A stretch of 58,806 nt of DNA, filler included, from Gonapodya sp. JEL0774 (GCA_027604505.1; 8 parts of 8 records of this genome joined end to end with filler, not necessarily neighbours in it), one strand, 5' to 3'; shown: positions 13,936 to 25,925, counted from the whole stretch's first letter. Notes: generated by a model not told the origin, from the sequence alone. A program made the numbers and translations.

Positions 13936-14673
13936 ATGTCATCGTCCGCTGGAAGCGCTTTCGTGACGATGGTGACCTCAGACTGGTACACCGTGCCGGC
14001 GATTGTCCTGGCTTCAACTTTGCGACGACTTCACCCTCACACGGGCACGACTCCGGCTCCTGATATCGTTGTGATGGCTACTACTAGCTCCATCAGTGCC
14101 CCAAACTTGGCGCTTCTTGGAACCTTCTTCGATGCAGTACTTCCCGTGCGTCCGATCCAGACAAGATTGCAAGATGCGACCACGCTCAATCACGTGCTCG
14201 AAAGACCAGATCTATACGCCGCACTCACAAAGCTTTGCATTTTCGATCCACAAGTAACTGGACGATGGGAAACGGTGGTGTTTCTCGATGCGGACACCCT
14301 ACCCATGCAGAACATCCACGAGCTCTTTGGAGCACTTGCAGGAGGAGCCCAGCTAGCAGCAGCACCGGACACAGGGTGGCCCGATATGTTCAATTCGGGA
14401 GTATTTGTGACGAAGCCCGATAGAAAGGTGTACGAAGAGTTGGTTGAAATGTCGGTCCGAGATGGCAGTATGGACGGTGAGCTGGCATATCTTTCGCTGA
14501 CAATGCCGACAAGGATGCATCTGTAGATGTATTCCGTCACTTTGGTGTTGTCAGTCTGCGACATGATAGGGCCTACGCAGTCCCGCACGCGTTGTAAGGA
14601 ACGATGAAGACACCTCACGCTTTGTACTTGGATTATTTTCAGGTGCCGACCAAGGCCTCCTCAACTCCTTTTT
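13936..14673 (+). CDS. Glycogenin-like glycosyltransferase family 8, N-terminal part
   Basis: AFVTMVTSDWY, RPDLYAALTKL, VFLDADTL, AAAPDTGWPDMFNSGVFV, SMDG / ADQGLLNSF after intron. Confidence 0.9.
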
Positions 14674-14774
14674 NNNNNNNNNNNNNNNNNNNNNNNNNNN
14701 NNNNNNNNNNNNNNNNNTTAATTAATTAANNNNNNNNNNNNNNNNNNNNNNNNNNNNNNNNNNNNNNNNNNNNT

Positions 14775-14939
14775 TTGGGTGATTGCGTTGGCCTCATATT
14801 ATAGTATAACATAGTCTATTAGTCTTAGTCTTGTTTCTACTACCTGGCCAGCTCGGCCTTTGGAATACACGGGGGGCGGAAATGCCCCTCTTACGAGCCT
14901 AATCTGAGCGAGTGCAGTGTGTGCGACAGTAAACATAGT
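14775..14939 (+). repeat. Left arm of ~165-bp inverted repeat bracketing the kinase-LRR gene
   Basis: Reverse complement of 21884-22045, including a long near-exact stretch ggcggaaatgcccctcttacgagcctaatctgagcgagtgcagtgtgtgcgac. Confidence 0.93.
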
Positions 14940-15396
14940 ATTGCAATGCTCAATTATTTGTGCGAGCCAGGATTTACAGGAATGCAGGATAAGACCTTTT
15001 ATAGCAGTCCAACAACGCTCTCCATCACTCACATCTATAATAATGCGACCCCCTCATAATTACGTTCATGGTGTGTGTTATGTTACATCGTTTACTCTGG
15101 TCATTTCAAACATGATAGAGATCTCCCAGGTGAGCAGGGAACAGCAGCATTTACATAAAAGAGGTTGGTGGATAAGTGAAGAAAACTGCGCTACTAACTT
15201 ATAACTACACAATGTCACTTGAACCCTCCCTAACAATCGCAACTTATCCTGTTTATCCTATTATCCTGTTACCCTTCACCTTTTGTTCTCTTGTGACATC
15301 GCTACACAAGCCTCCATAACAACTTGAAACTGAAAACAACACAAAAACAAAACGAAACACCCTACAAACGACAAAAACTATGAACTTTGAGCTTCT

Positions 15397-18300
15397 TCAT
15401 ACGTCAATTGTTCGTTGAGCATTGGCAAGTGCCTTGATTGCGCTTCTCCGAGCGTAGCTGATTTTGTTGTCTGGAGGATGGAGAGAGGGGAGAGAGGAGA
15501 CGGTGTGTGAGTGACTCAGCGACTCTGAGCGAGAGCAAGCGGGAAGTCAAACTCTGATACTCACAATAAAGGTAAAGCGACGTCAAGGTGGAATTGGTCT
15601 TGAGGGCCTGAGCAAGCGCGGTGGCGCCAGTCTCACCGATCGAGTTGTCTGGAGTCGAGAGAGAGGAGAGAGGAGACGGTGGTGTGTGTGTGTGTGTGTG
15701 TGGGACTCGGCAGTCTGAGCAAGACTGCAAGAGCGAGAGGTCACACTCTGATACTCACCGTAAAGGTTGAGCGACGTCAAGGTGGAGTGGGTCTTGAGGG
15801 CCTCAGCAAGCGCGGTGGCGCCAGTGTCACCGATCGAGTTGCCTGGAGTCGAAGTAGAGACAAGAGAGGGGAGCAATGAGACGACGAGTGTGTATGTGTG
15901 TTTGTGTGGGACTCTACGACTCTGAGCGAGAGCGAACTGGAGGTCACACTCTGATACTCACCACTAACATTGAGCCACGTCAACGTGGAGTTCGTCTTGA
16001 GGGCCTCAGCAAGCGCGGTGGCACCAGTGTCACCGATCAAGTTGTCTGGAGTCGAAGTAGAGACAAGAGAGAGGAAAGAGGAGACCGTGTGTGTGTGTGA
16101 GAGTTCATATGTATGTGACTTAGCGACTCTTGAGCGAGAGCGAGAGATCACACTCTGATACTCACAACTGACATCGACTGACGTCACAGTGGAGTTGGTC
16201 TCGAGTGCCCCAGCAAGCGCTGTGGCACCAGCCTCACCAATCAAGTTGTCTGGAAGAGAGTAAAGACGAGAGAGAGGAGAGAGGAGACGGTTTGTGTGAG
16301 GTGTGTGAGACTCAGCGACTCTGAGCCAGAGCAAGCAGGAGGTCAAACTCTGATACTCACTCCTGAGATCGAGCGAATTCAAGGTTGAGTTGGTCTTGAG
16401 GGCCTCAGCAAGCGCTCTGGCGCCAGCCTCACCAATTGAGTTGTCTGGAGTCGAAGTAGAGACGCGAGAGAGGAGAGAGGAGACCGTGTGTGTGTGCGTG
16501 AGTGAGTTCATGTGTATGTGACTCAGTGACTCTTGAGCGAGAGCGAGAGGTCATACTCTGATATTCACTGTAAAGGTTAAGAGACGTCAAGGTGGAGTTT
16601 GTCTTGAGGGCCTCAGCAAGCGCTCTGGCGCCAGCGTCACCGATCGAGTTCCCTGCAGTCGAAGTAGAGGAGACAGGAGAGAGGAGACGGTGTGTGTGAG
16701 AGATAGTGTGACAGACTCTGCGACTCTGGAGTGTGAGCAAGATGTCACACTCTGATACTCACAATAAAAGTTAAGCGATGTCAAGGTGGAGTTGGTCTTG
16801 AGGGCTTTAGCAAGCGCGGTGGCGCCAGCCTCACCGATCAAGTTCCCTGCAGTCAAAGTAGAGGAGAAAGGAGACGGTGTGTGTATATGTCAGTGTGACA
16901 GCCTCTGCATCTCTTGAGCAAGAGCGAGCAGGAAACCAAACTCCGATACTCACCAGTGACATCAAGCGACGTCAAGGTGGAGTTGATCTTGAGGGCCTCA
17001 GCAAGCGCTCTGCCGCCAGCGTCACCAATCGAGTTGTCTGGAGTCAAAATAGAGGAGAGAGGAGACGGGGTGTGAGTGACTCAGCGACTCTGAGCGAGAG
17101 CAAGCGGGAGGTCAAACTCTGATACTCACTAGTGACATCAAGCGACGTCAAGGTGGAGTTGGTCTTCAGGGCCTCAGCAAGCACACTGCCGCCAGCCTCA
17201 CCGATCGAGTTGTCTGGAGTCGAAGTAGAGGAGAGAGGAGACGGTGTGTCTGTGTGTCAGTGTGACAGACTCTGCAACTCTGAGCGAGAGCGAGCAGGAA
17301 ATCAAGCTCTGATACTCGCTCGTGAGATCAAGCGATGTCAAGGTGGAGTTGGTCTTGAGGGCCTGAGCAAGCGCGGTGGCGCCAGTCTCACCAATCGAGT
17401 TGTCTGAAGGCGAGAGAGAGGAGAGAGGAGACGGTGGCGTGTGTGTGTGTGTGTGTGGGACTCTGCAGTCAGAGAGAGAGCGGGAGGTGACACTCTGATA
17501 CTCACCGTAAAGGTTGAGCGACGTCAAGATGGAGTTAGTCATGAGGGCCCCAGCAAGCGCGGTGGCGCCAGCGTCATCGATCGAGTTGCCTGGAGTCAAG
17601 AGTGTGGAGAGTGGAGCGAGGAGACAGATGAGACGACGAGCGTATATGTGTGTTTGCGTGAGACTCTGACTCTGAGCGAGAGCGAGGGGGAGGTCACATT
17701 CTGATCCTCACCACTGACATCGAGCGACGTCAAGGTCGAGTTGGTCTTGAGGGCCTCACCAACCGCGTTGCCGCCAGCGTCACCGATTGAGTTCCCTGAA
17801 GAAGTGAAGGAGAAAGGAGCAGAGAGAGAGGTGAGAGAAGACGGTGTGCCTGACTTTGCGAGTCTGAGCGAGAGCGAGCAGGAGGTCACACTCTGATACT
17901 CACCATAAAGGTTAAGCAACGTCAAGGTGGAGTTGGTCTTGAGGGCCTCAGCAAGTGCTCTGGCGCCAGCGTCACCGATTGAGTTCCCTGCAGTCGAAGT
18001 AGAGGAGAGAGGAGAAGGTGTGTGTTTGTGACCATGGGACAGCTCTGTGACTCTGAAGTGAGAGCAAGAGGTCATACTTTGATACTCACAATAAAGGTTG
18101 AGCGACATCAAGGTGGAGTTGGTCTTGAGGGCCTCAGCAAGCGCGGTGGCGCCAGCCTCACCGATCGAGTTCCCTGCAGTCAAAGTAGAGGCGAGAGGAG
18201 AGAGGAGAGAGGAGACGGTGTGTGTGTGTGTGTCAGTGTGACAGACTCTGCGACTCTGAGCGAGAGCGAGCAGGAAATCAAATCCTGATAGTCACTTGTG

Positions 18301-21300
18301 ACATCAAGCGCCGTCAAGGTGGAGTTGGTCTTGAGGGCCTCAGCAAGCGCACTGCCGCCAGCGTCACCAATCGAGTTGTCTGGAGTCAAAATAGAGGGGA
18401 GAGGAGAAAGGAGAGAGGAGACGGTGTGTGAGTGACTCAGCGACTTTCAGCGAGAGCAAGCGGGAGGTCAATCTCCGATACTCACTAGTGACATCAAGCG
18501 ACTTCAAGGTGGAGTTGGTCTTCAGGGCCTCAGCAAGCGCACTGCCGCCGGCCTCACCAACGAATTGTCTGGAGTCGAAGTAGAGGAGAATGGAGATGGT
18601 GTGTGTGTGTCAGTGTGACAGACTCTAAAACTCTGGAGTGAGAGCAAGTGGTCACACTCTGATACTCACAATAAAGGTTCAGCGACGTCAAGGTGGAGTT
18701 GGTCTTGAGCGCCTCAGCAAGCGCACTGCCGCCAGCGTCACCGATCGAATTGTCTGAAGTCGAAGTAGAGGAGACGGTGTGTGTGTGAGACAGTGTGACA
18801 GACTCTGGGACTCTGGAGGGAGAGCAAGAGGTCACACTCTGATACTCACAATAAATGGTAAGCGACGTCAAGGTGGAGTTGGCCTTGAGGGCCTCAGCAA
18901 GCACTCTGGCGCCAGCCTCACCGATGGAGCTGCCTGTATGTATGTATGTATGTGTAAGTAAGTGGAGCGTGGGTGGGGTGAGTGAGTGGGTGTGAAAAAA
19001 AGCTGGAAGTGGTAAAGGCCCCTTCCCCCTCCACCTACTCCCCACTTAGAGTAACCAATCTTCTTAACGTCATCGAGACTATCGTACGGTTGTATTGAAG
19101 CGCCAGGACCAAAGCTTGAACTAATAGCACTTCATGGGTAATGCAATTCAGAAGTTAGTATCGTTTTTGAGGCCCTCTACTGCCAGTGATTCGAAACTGT
19201 CCGAGACTCACCATTTCCTCCTGTCAAGGTGACCTCTGAGTCACCGTTTAAAACGTCTTTCAAAATCCTATCTCTTTGCCATTGATTTAAATTTTCCAGT
19301 AACCTTCTGAGCCTCCGGGGGATATCTGAATAAGTATAGCAGTGACTTAAGAGTACAAGGGGCCGGATAATGGACATAATCCAACCTTCCACGCCAATGG
19401 TCCGAACAGCATTTCGCACCTCCTGTGCCTTCTCAATGTTTTGTTCAATCCCATGACCACGTCGATAGCACATAACCAGATTCAATTGCGCTATTTTGTG
19501 CCCTTCAAGAGCTGCTCTTTGATACCACCGAAATGCCTCCGTGTAGTCCTGTGGTACGGCAAACCCAAAGTAGCGTATGTCGCCCACTGCGTTCATTGCT
19601 TCTGCTGACCCCTGGTTGGCATATTCGATGCAATATGGTACCACGGATTTGAAGTCTTCAGAGGAAAGTCGTCCCTCCTTAAAATACATCACCAATGATT
19701 CAAATGATCTGGTTACCCCGTCCTTCAAAGATTTCAAGAAGTTTTCCATGGTCGGGTTCCGTACAATATTTTCTTCCTGCTCATTGTCAATTTGTTTCTT
19801 CAGGGGGTTCTTTGTCTCAATATCAAATATGGGCTGCAAAGCTTCCACTTCGACTGATTCTATGATCTTCTCGAGAGCTCTAACAATGTTCTCGAAACTC
19901 GGGCGTCTTCCAGGATTAGCATCCCAACATTGTGTAATCAAGACTTTAAGCTCAACAGGAATGTTCCAAAAGTGGTCAAGATTGGGTCTAGCACCACTTT
20001 TCACTTTCTCTGGTACATCGTCTTCGTCCATGTCGGCGAGTGGGATATCTCCAAAACTCCAGATTTCGTAACAGGTGACTGCGAATGCAAAGACATCTGC
20101 TTCCTTGCTCCCAATCCCATTGCTAAATAGCTCTGGCGCCATCCACCTGAGTGTTCCTACTCCTCTGTGAGAAGCTGAAGGTTCTCGGCTGGTGTTTTCC
20201 ACTTTTTGAGACAGCCCAAAGTCCATCAGTACTGCTCTCCCATTTTCGTCCACCAACACATTGTTCCCTTTTAGGTCACGATGAATGTAGCCAAGTGCGT
20301 GCAGCCATTTCATCCCATCAGCAACATCAGATATCTAGCAGTCAGAGGCAACGTCAAGTTCAAGTAGGGTAGGAGGGTTCACTATACCCTCACAAGTTGA
20401 AGCAGATCCCTCATAGGAATTGCTCGCTTCTTCTGAAGATAGTCAACAACGGTTCCATGTCTTAATAGTGGTGATATCACAAACGGCCAGGGTTGTAAAG
20501 CTGCTCCATAAACGGGGAGAATTCGCGGATGTGTGGATACAACTGTCCACAAGTCAACCTCTTCTATGAAGGACTGCCGGAAACACATAGTTACGTAATA
20601 ACATACCGCAAAACTCCTTCAAACTGACTTACTTACAGTGATACCCTGCTCCGACAATGGGCATTTCACTGCAACCTTTTGGCCTTGCCATGTGGCTTCA
20701 AATACTTCACCGAAACGACCCGTTGCGAAAGGCACTCTATTCGTATTCAACTCAGAGTAGGGAATACTGCGAACAGAATTCTTCCACGGACTGTCATGGA
20801 GAACTTCAGAATCAATGTCGGATTCTTGAGGTTTGACGCCAATGGATGTCCTCTTCCTATCACGTTGGTGTTGGCTCCCATTTGATATGCTCCTGGTTTG
20901 ACGCCTATTACCAGAGAGACTTCTTGTTCGGTGGCTACCTACCGATGAACACCTGCTCAACCGCTTCATGCTTTCGCTTATTCTCCTCACATCTTTGCGG
21001 GCTCTTTTAACTTCTTCCCATGCACCTGCGGCTTCGCTTTGTGCCTTTTTCACTTCGCTCTCTGCTTTTTGTAACGCTTCTTGGGTTTTGGAGTGTCCAG
21101 CTGCATTGAGAATTTCCGCTCTGTTATTCTGGACAATATGGTCTAGGTGGAGAACCAGCTGCAGGAAAGGTTCTCAAGAACAATTTCTTTGAACTGCAAC
21201 ACGTAAGGTCACTCACAGAAAAGTCTGCTAGTAAACCTCCAAGGGTCCTCTCATGAGTAGCTATGCTTTCAGACATCTTTTGGGGCTCCAAAAGCGAATT

Positions 21301-21807
21301 TGAAAGTCGTTTGAAGATGTTAGAGTTCTTTTTCTTTGTGCATGCCTCCAGAATCGCCTCCAGCAAGCTGAAATATAAAATATTCAAGGAAAAAGTGCGT
21401 GTTTTGCACGGGTGGTACTCTCACCGTGACAATCGTTCCTTGTATCCATGAAAATATTCCTTCAAAACCACCTCTTCTATTTCCTTTAGTGATAGAATCG
21501 CTTTCAACAGCAGAGCGGTTCGTGATGCCAAGAGAACCAAGCGTTCTCTATTCTGTAGTGAAGTCTTCAAAGTGTCGTGAATCTTCCGGAGAATTGCGAC
21601 AACGGACTCCAAAAAAGGAACCATGTCCGCCTTCGCGACAGCTTCTATAATGGAAAGGAAGAAGTCCACCGAATTCGAGGTCGCGATGCGTCTCCATTGG
21701 GGGAGCTCCTCGGCCAGACCAAGCTCCACGGCAGTTCCATTGAACAATTCCTCGGCAGAGAGCGCTTCAAAACGTTCTCGCTCCTCGCTCCTCTGGAGTG
21801 TCAGCAT
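15397..21807 (-). CDS. MLKL-like N-terminal domain - coiled coil - TKL kinase - SEL1 repeats - 18 single-exon RI/NLRC3-type LRRs plus cap exon
   Basis: VPFLESVVAILRKIHDTLKTSLQNRERLVLLASR (MLKL-NTD-like); GRFGEVF, VAVK, HRDLKGNN, DFG, GTLRWMAPE, DVFAF; SEL1 QDYTEAFRWYQRAA; LRR exons NSIGxAGAxALAEALKTNSTLTxLxL; terminal exon 15470-15397 NKISYARRSAIKALANAQRTIDV*. Confidence 0.88.
15565..18933 (-). repeat. Tandem array of 18 exon+intron units (84-nt LRR exon + ~90-125-nt homologous intron)
   Basis: Exons at 18850-18933, 18670-18753, 18486-18568 (83 nt), 18296-18379, 18090-18173, 17904-17987, 17712-17795, 17506-17589, 17320-17403, 17130-17213, 16954-17037, 16763-16846, 16569-16652, 16361-16444, 16166-16249, 15962-16045, 15759-15842, 15565-15648; each bounded by CAG and a GTGAGT-like donor. 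Confidence 0.93.
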
Positions 21808-21883
21808 TTTTTCCGCGATTCACTCAGTTATCAGTGGTTTGGAAAAACTCCTCTCTTGACTAAGCAAGCTCAGTCCACAGCAA

Positions 21884-22045
21884 ACTATGTTTACCGTCGC
21901 ACACACTGCACTCGCTCAGATTAGGCTCGTAAGAGGGGCATTTCCGCCCCCCATGTATTCCAAAGGCCGAGCTGGCCAGAGGACAGAAATAAGGCTAGGA
22001 CTAATAGACTATGTTGTACTATACGAGGCCAACGAAATCACCCAA
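21884..22045 (-). repeat. Right arm of ~165-bp inverted repeat
   Basis: Inverted copy of 14775-14939; the ORF track shows the same peptide MFTVAHTALAQIRLVRGAFPPP on opposite strands at the two sites. Confidence 0.93.
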
Positions 22046-22146
22046 CNNNNNNNNNNNNNNNNNNNNNNNNNNNNNNNNNNNNNNNNNNNNTTAATTAATT
22101 AANNNNNNNNNNNNNNNNNNNNNNNNNNNNNNNNNNNNNNNNNNNN

Positions 22147-22726
22147 ACGTACGTTGTTGATGAGAGCGTAGATTCCACCGGGTGAGCCTTTCTCGACCTC
22201 CGAAACAGCCGCTTGGACCTCGTCGTCCCTCGTTATGTCCATCTACAGCGCGAGGAATGGGAGTGTTTTCGATCGATCCCGTTGTGTGTCGTGTTGGTAC
22301 AATCGTGACCGCTCACCTTGAGAGCCTTGATGGTACCTCCACCCTCACCGTTGAGCTCGTCGACGGACTTTTGCAGCAAACAACCGGCGTACACCGTGTA
22401 TCCCTTTCGAGCCAACTTTATGGCACACTCTCGGCCGAGACCTTTGGGAGCGCAGAATGCTAGTCGTGGTCAAAATTACCAGCGCACTCGTCGAATGAAA
22501 CCCATAACTACAGCCGCTCACCAGTATCACACCCAGTAATAACCACCACGAGTCCCTCCCCCATTGAGAGCCGTTTAGACCGCGACAGAGTGGCTGCTCC
22601 GAGCAGTGTAGCCAACGCCGCTGCTCCAGCTGCGACGGCCCACTTGGGAGCTTGAGTCGTGTCAGATGCTCTTTGGAGAACTCCATCGACAGCTGTGATG
22701 GCGTCGTTGACGATCGACGCGTCCAT
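22147..22726 (-). CDS. Short-chain dehydrogenase/reductase (retinol/17-beta-HSD-like), N-terminal part
   Basis: TM anchor then VVVITGCDTG / LGRECAIKLARKGYTVYAGCL / MDITRDDEV...IYALINN. Confidence 0.85.
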
Positions 22727-23095
22727 TGGATGTTGCGCCTGGAGGTTACAGTGAGTTGATTAAGGTGGTTAACTTGGTAGGCAGCTCAAGCAACGCTTTT
22801 ATGTGGTTGCGATCCGGGGAAGGTTTCTTCCGGTTTTCCCTGAGAGTTCACCGTTCGCCGGCTTCTCCGGCAAAATCATGGCTTGACGTCGTGGAACAAT
22901 GGGTTGATGGGATGGGATGGCGAGAACAGGCAGCAGGTACGAAGAGACCTCCGGGCCGCCAAGAGGGCCCCGGCAAATTTACTGCCATTCTGCCGGTGCT
23001 TCTTTTGCGGTGCGAGTTTCCATAAAAACCGTTTCGATGGATGACTTGTCTGACGCGAATCGCCTGCATAAGCATTCGACCTTGTCGTATTCTAC

Positions 23096-25383
23096 ATGCC
23101 ATCTTCAACAACTGTCCCCAGCATCGCGGTGATCGGAGCAGGGTGAGTCCATCATAAACGTGCGATGGCAAGACCAGTCTCATTCTCATCTCTATCTATC
23201 TCTCTTTCTTCTCTCTGCCGGAATCGAAGATTCTCTGGCTTGGTGGCCGGGGTTCAAGCACGCAAAATTCTCCGGACCGACAACTTCACCATTTTCGAAA
23301 AGGAACCAAATGTTGGAGGGACATGGCTCGTAAACAAATATCCTGGTGAGTCTGTCCTAGTTTTGATTCTACACTGTGTGCAAGGCCGTGCTCATCCGTT
23401 TACGTACCTTGTCGCGTTAGGTGTCGCGTGTGACGTTATGTCTCACTTCTACTCGTTTTCTTTTGAATTGAACCCCGGTGAGCGCCGTTGTAGCCACCAG
23501 CAGCTGTGTATGCTACATTGCTTACGACGAGACCGCTTTAAGATTGGTCGATGTCGTATTCTCCTGGCAAGGAGATTTGGGAGTACATGGACGGCGTGAC
23601 GACGAAGCACGGTTTACCGGAGAAGACGCGTTTCGGATACGAGCTGAAGGAGGCACGGTGGAATGAAGAGGAAGGCGTGTGGGATTTGGTGGGTTGATCT
23701 CTCCTTCCCCTCACCACGAGCCGGTGGGAGTTGTAACTCGTCGATCGCTGCACCGCAGCTCTTTCACATCCACAACCCTTCCCCTTCCGCGACAAACGAT
23801 CCAACCGAGTACCGCGCGAAGTTCACTTACCTCATTACTGCCGGTGGCAGTCTGCACATCCCCAAGCTTCCGGATTACCCAGGTTGGGCCAAGTACCAGG
23901 GTCTGGCCCTTCATTCCGCTGCTTGGCCCAGTGCGGGTGTCGACCTCCGTGGCAAGAACGTGGCAGTTATAGGGAATGGAGCGAGTGCCGTGCAAATCAT
24001 TGAAAAGATTGCTCCACTGACGAAACATCTGTCAATATTTCAGGTAAGTTTGTGATGTACAACGTCACTGGATCCAAACTCGAAACATCGATGGTCCATT
24101 TTCATTGTCTATCAGCGTACACCCAACTGGTACCTTCCAAAGCTCATGTTTGCGTACCCGGGCTGGCTACGTTGGGTGTTCCGCTACATCCCATTCGTGA
24201 TGTCGCTGCACCGAGCCTACATCTCTCTGTCGTCCGAGCTCATGTTCCCCATCTGGCTCCGAGGCACGTGGATGCAATCCATTGCCAGTTTTGCCGTTCG
24301 TTGGTTGTATCAGATCACCATCAAGGATCCCAAGCTCCGCGAAGCCTTGACACCAAAGTACGACGTGGGAACCAAACGCGTGCTACCGCAGATCACATAC
24401 CTGGAAGACTTGAATCGCCCCAACGTGGAGCTTGTTCACGGAGAGAAGATCGTTGAAATCGATGAGGCGGGCATATGGACCGAGACAAAAGCGACCGGGA
24501 GGAAGCACAGGAATTTCGACGTCATCATTTCGGCGACGGGGTTCGACGCTTCACCCAACTCATCTCCTGTCAAGTTCTACGGACGAGGTGGAGTCGAGCG
24601 GGGAGAAAAGTGGTTCAAGCAAACTCGAGAGAAGAGTCTCGCTCTTCACTACAAGACGGTGATGACAAGCGCGTTCCCCAAGTAAGTTGTCGGGGTTGAA
24701 GATTGCAGATCTCCTTGGAGAACGCCCGCGACACTGCCACTCATCTCTTCCCCCCATCCTCAGCTTTTTCATGATTTACGGTCCAAACACCGGTGTGGGG
24801 CACACCTCGGCCGTGACCATGATCGAGAGCGAAGTCGATCTTTCCCTCCGCGTCATCAAAGAGGCCATTGACCACCGTCTCAAGGGAATCGAGCCCAAGG
24901 AGGAAGTTGAGAAGAAGTACACCGAGAACCTGTGGAAGGATTTGAAGAAGACTGTGTGGTGTGGTGGTCAGACGCACAGTTGGGTGAGCATGTGCATCAC
25001 GTTCCCACCTTTTCGGCGGCACAGTTTGTTCACAGCGAAACCAACTTGACTTTGTTCTCCAGTACAATCCAACCAACCGCACCGACGGTAAACTTTCCAC
25101 GATGTGGCCGTACGACGCCTTCGTAATGGAACGACAGTTCAGCAAAGTGGACATGGGCGACTTCAAAGCATGGGACAAAGACGGTAACGAGATAAACACC
25201 ACCAAGCTCCGCCGGAGTTCCTCGTGGGTGCCGTGGGTCCTCTGCTCTTTGGTGTTGGTCGGTGGTGTGGCGGTCGGACTGTCATACTCCGAGGAGGTGC
25301 TGCAGTGGACTCGGGAGCCGATCACGCTCGTTCAAGAGACTGTGCAGTCAGCGATGGACTCGGTTCAGCAATTGATTGGGTGA
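23096..25383 (+). CDS. Baeyer-Villiger/flavin-containing monooxygenase, multi-exon, C-terminal TM segment
   Basis: IAVIGAG, FEKEPNVGGTWLVNKYPG, ACDVMSHFYSFSF, HSAAW...GKNVAVIGNGASAVQI, DVIISATGF, FFMIYGPN. Confidence 0.92.
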
Positions 25384-25925
25384 ATCTCAATTTTTGAACC
25401 AACGATCATCCAGGCTCTCGACATGGTGAGAGCTTGAAGACCCTGCGGAGGCCATATTTTAGACTCGGTCATAGAATTGCCCAGCATTTACGCTTATGTT
25501 GTTTTCGAATTTTGTCTTGGCACGTTTCCCAAATGGACGCAAAAAATTAGAATATATTCTGGATGATAATGCACGCCGAACGAATACGCAATTTCATACC
25601 AATGTTTGAATACCGCTGCGGATCTGTCATCGCCAGATACTCACCAATGCGACGTGCAGCATTGGCACTGTGCTCGATCTCGGTGGTTCCCAGCAAACTA
25701 TCAGAGCGACTGAGCACGTTTCGACTGTGCTCAGGACTTTATGCGCTTCGCATTTCACCTCGAAAAATGTACCTTCCCACCGAGCAACACTGTGACCGCC
25801 GTTCATGGCCCCTCACAATCAGAACGCTTGCTACCATTGTACGGACTGCGCGTTCGACCACCGTCATTTCATCCCCGAACGTCCATTCGCTCCTATATCA
25901 TCTTGTTAATCAGCATTCAGCACGG

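Noticed and set aside
15565..18933. CRISPR-like or non-coding satellite
   Set aside because: Units resolve into 84-nt coding exons with splice signals that translate to LRRs.
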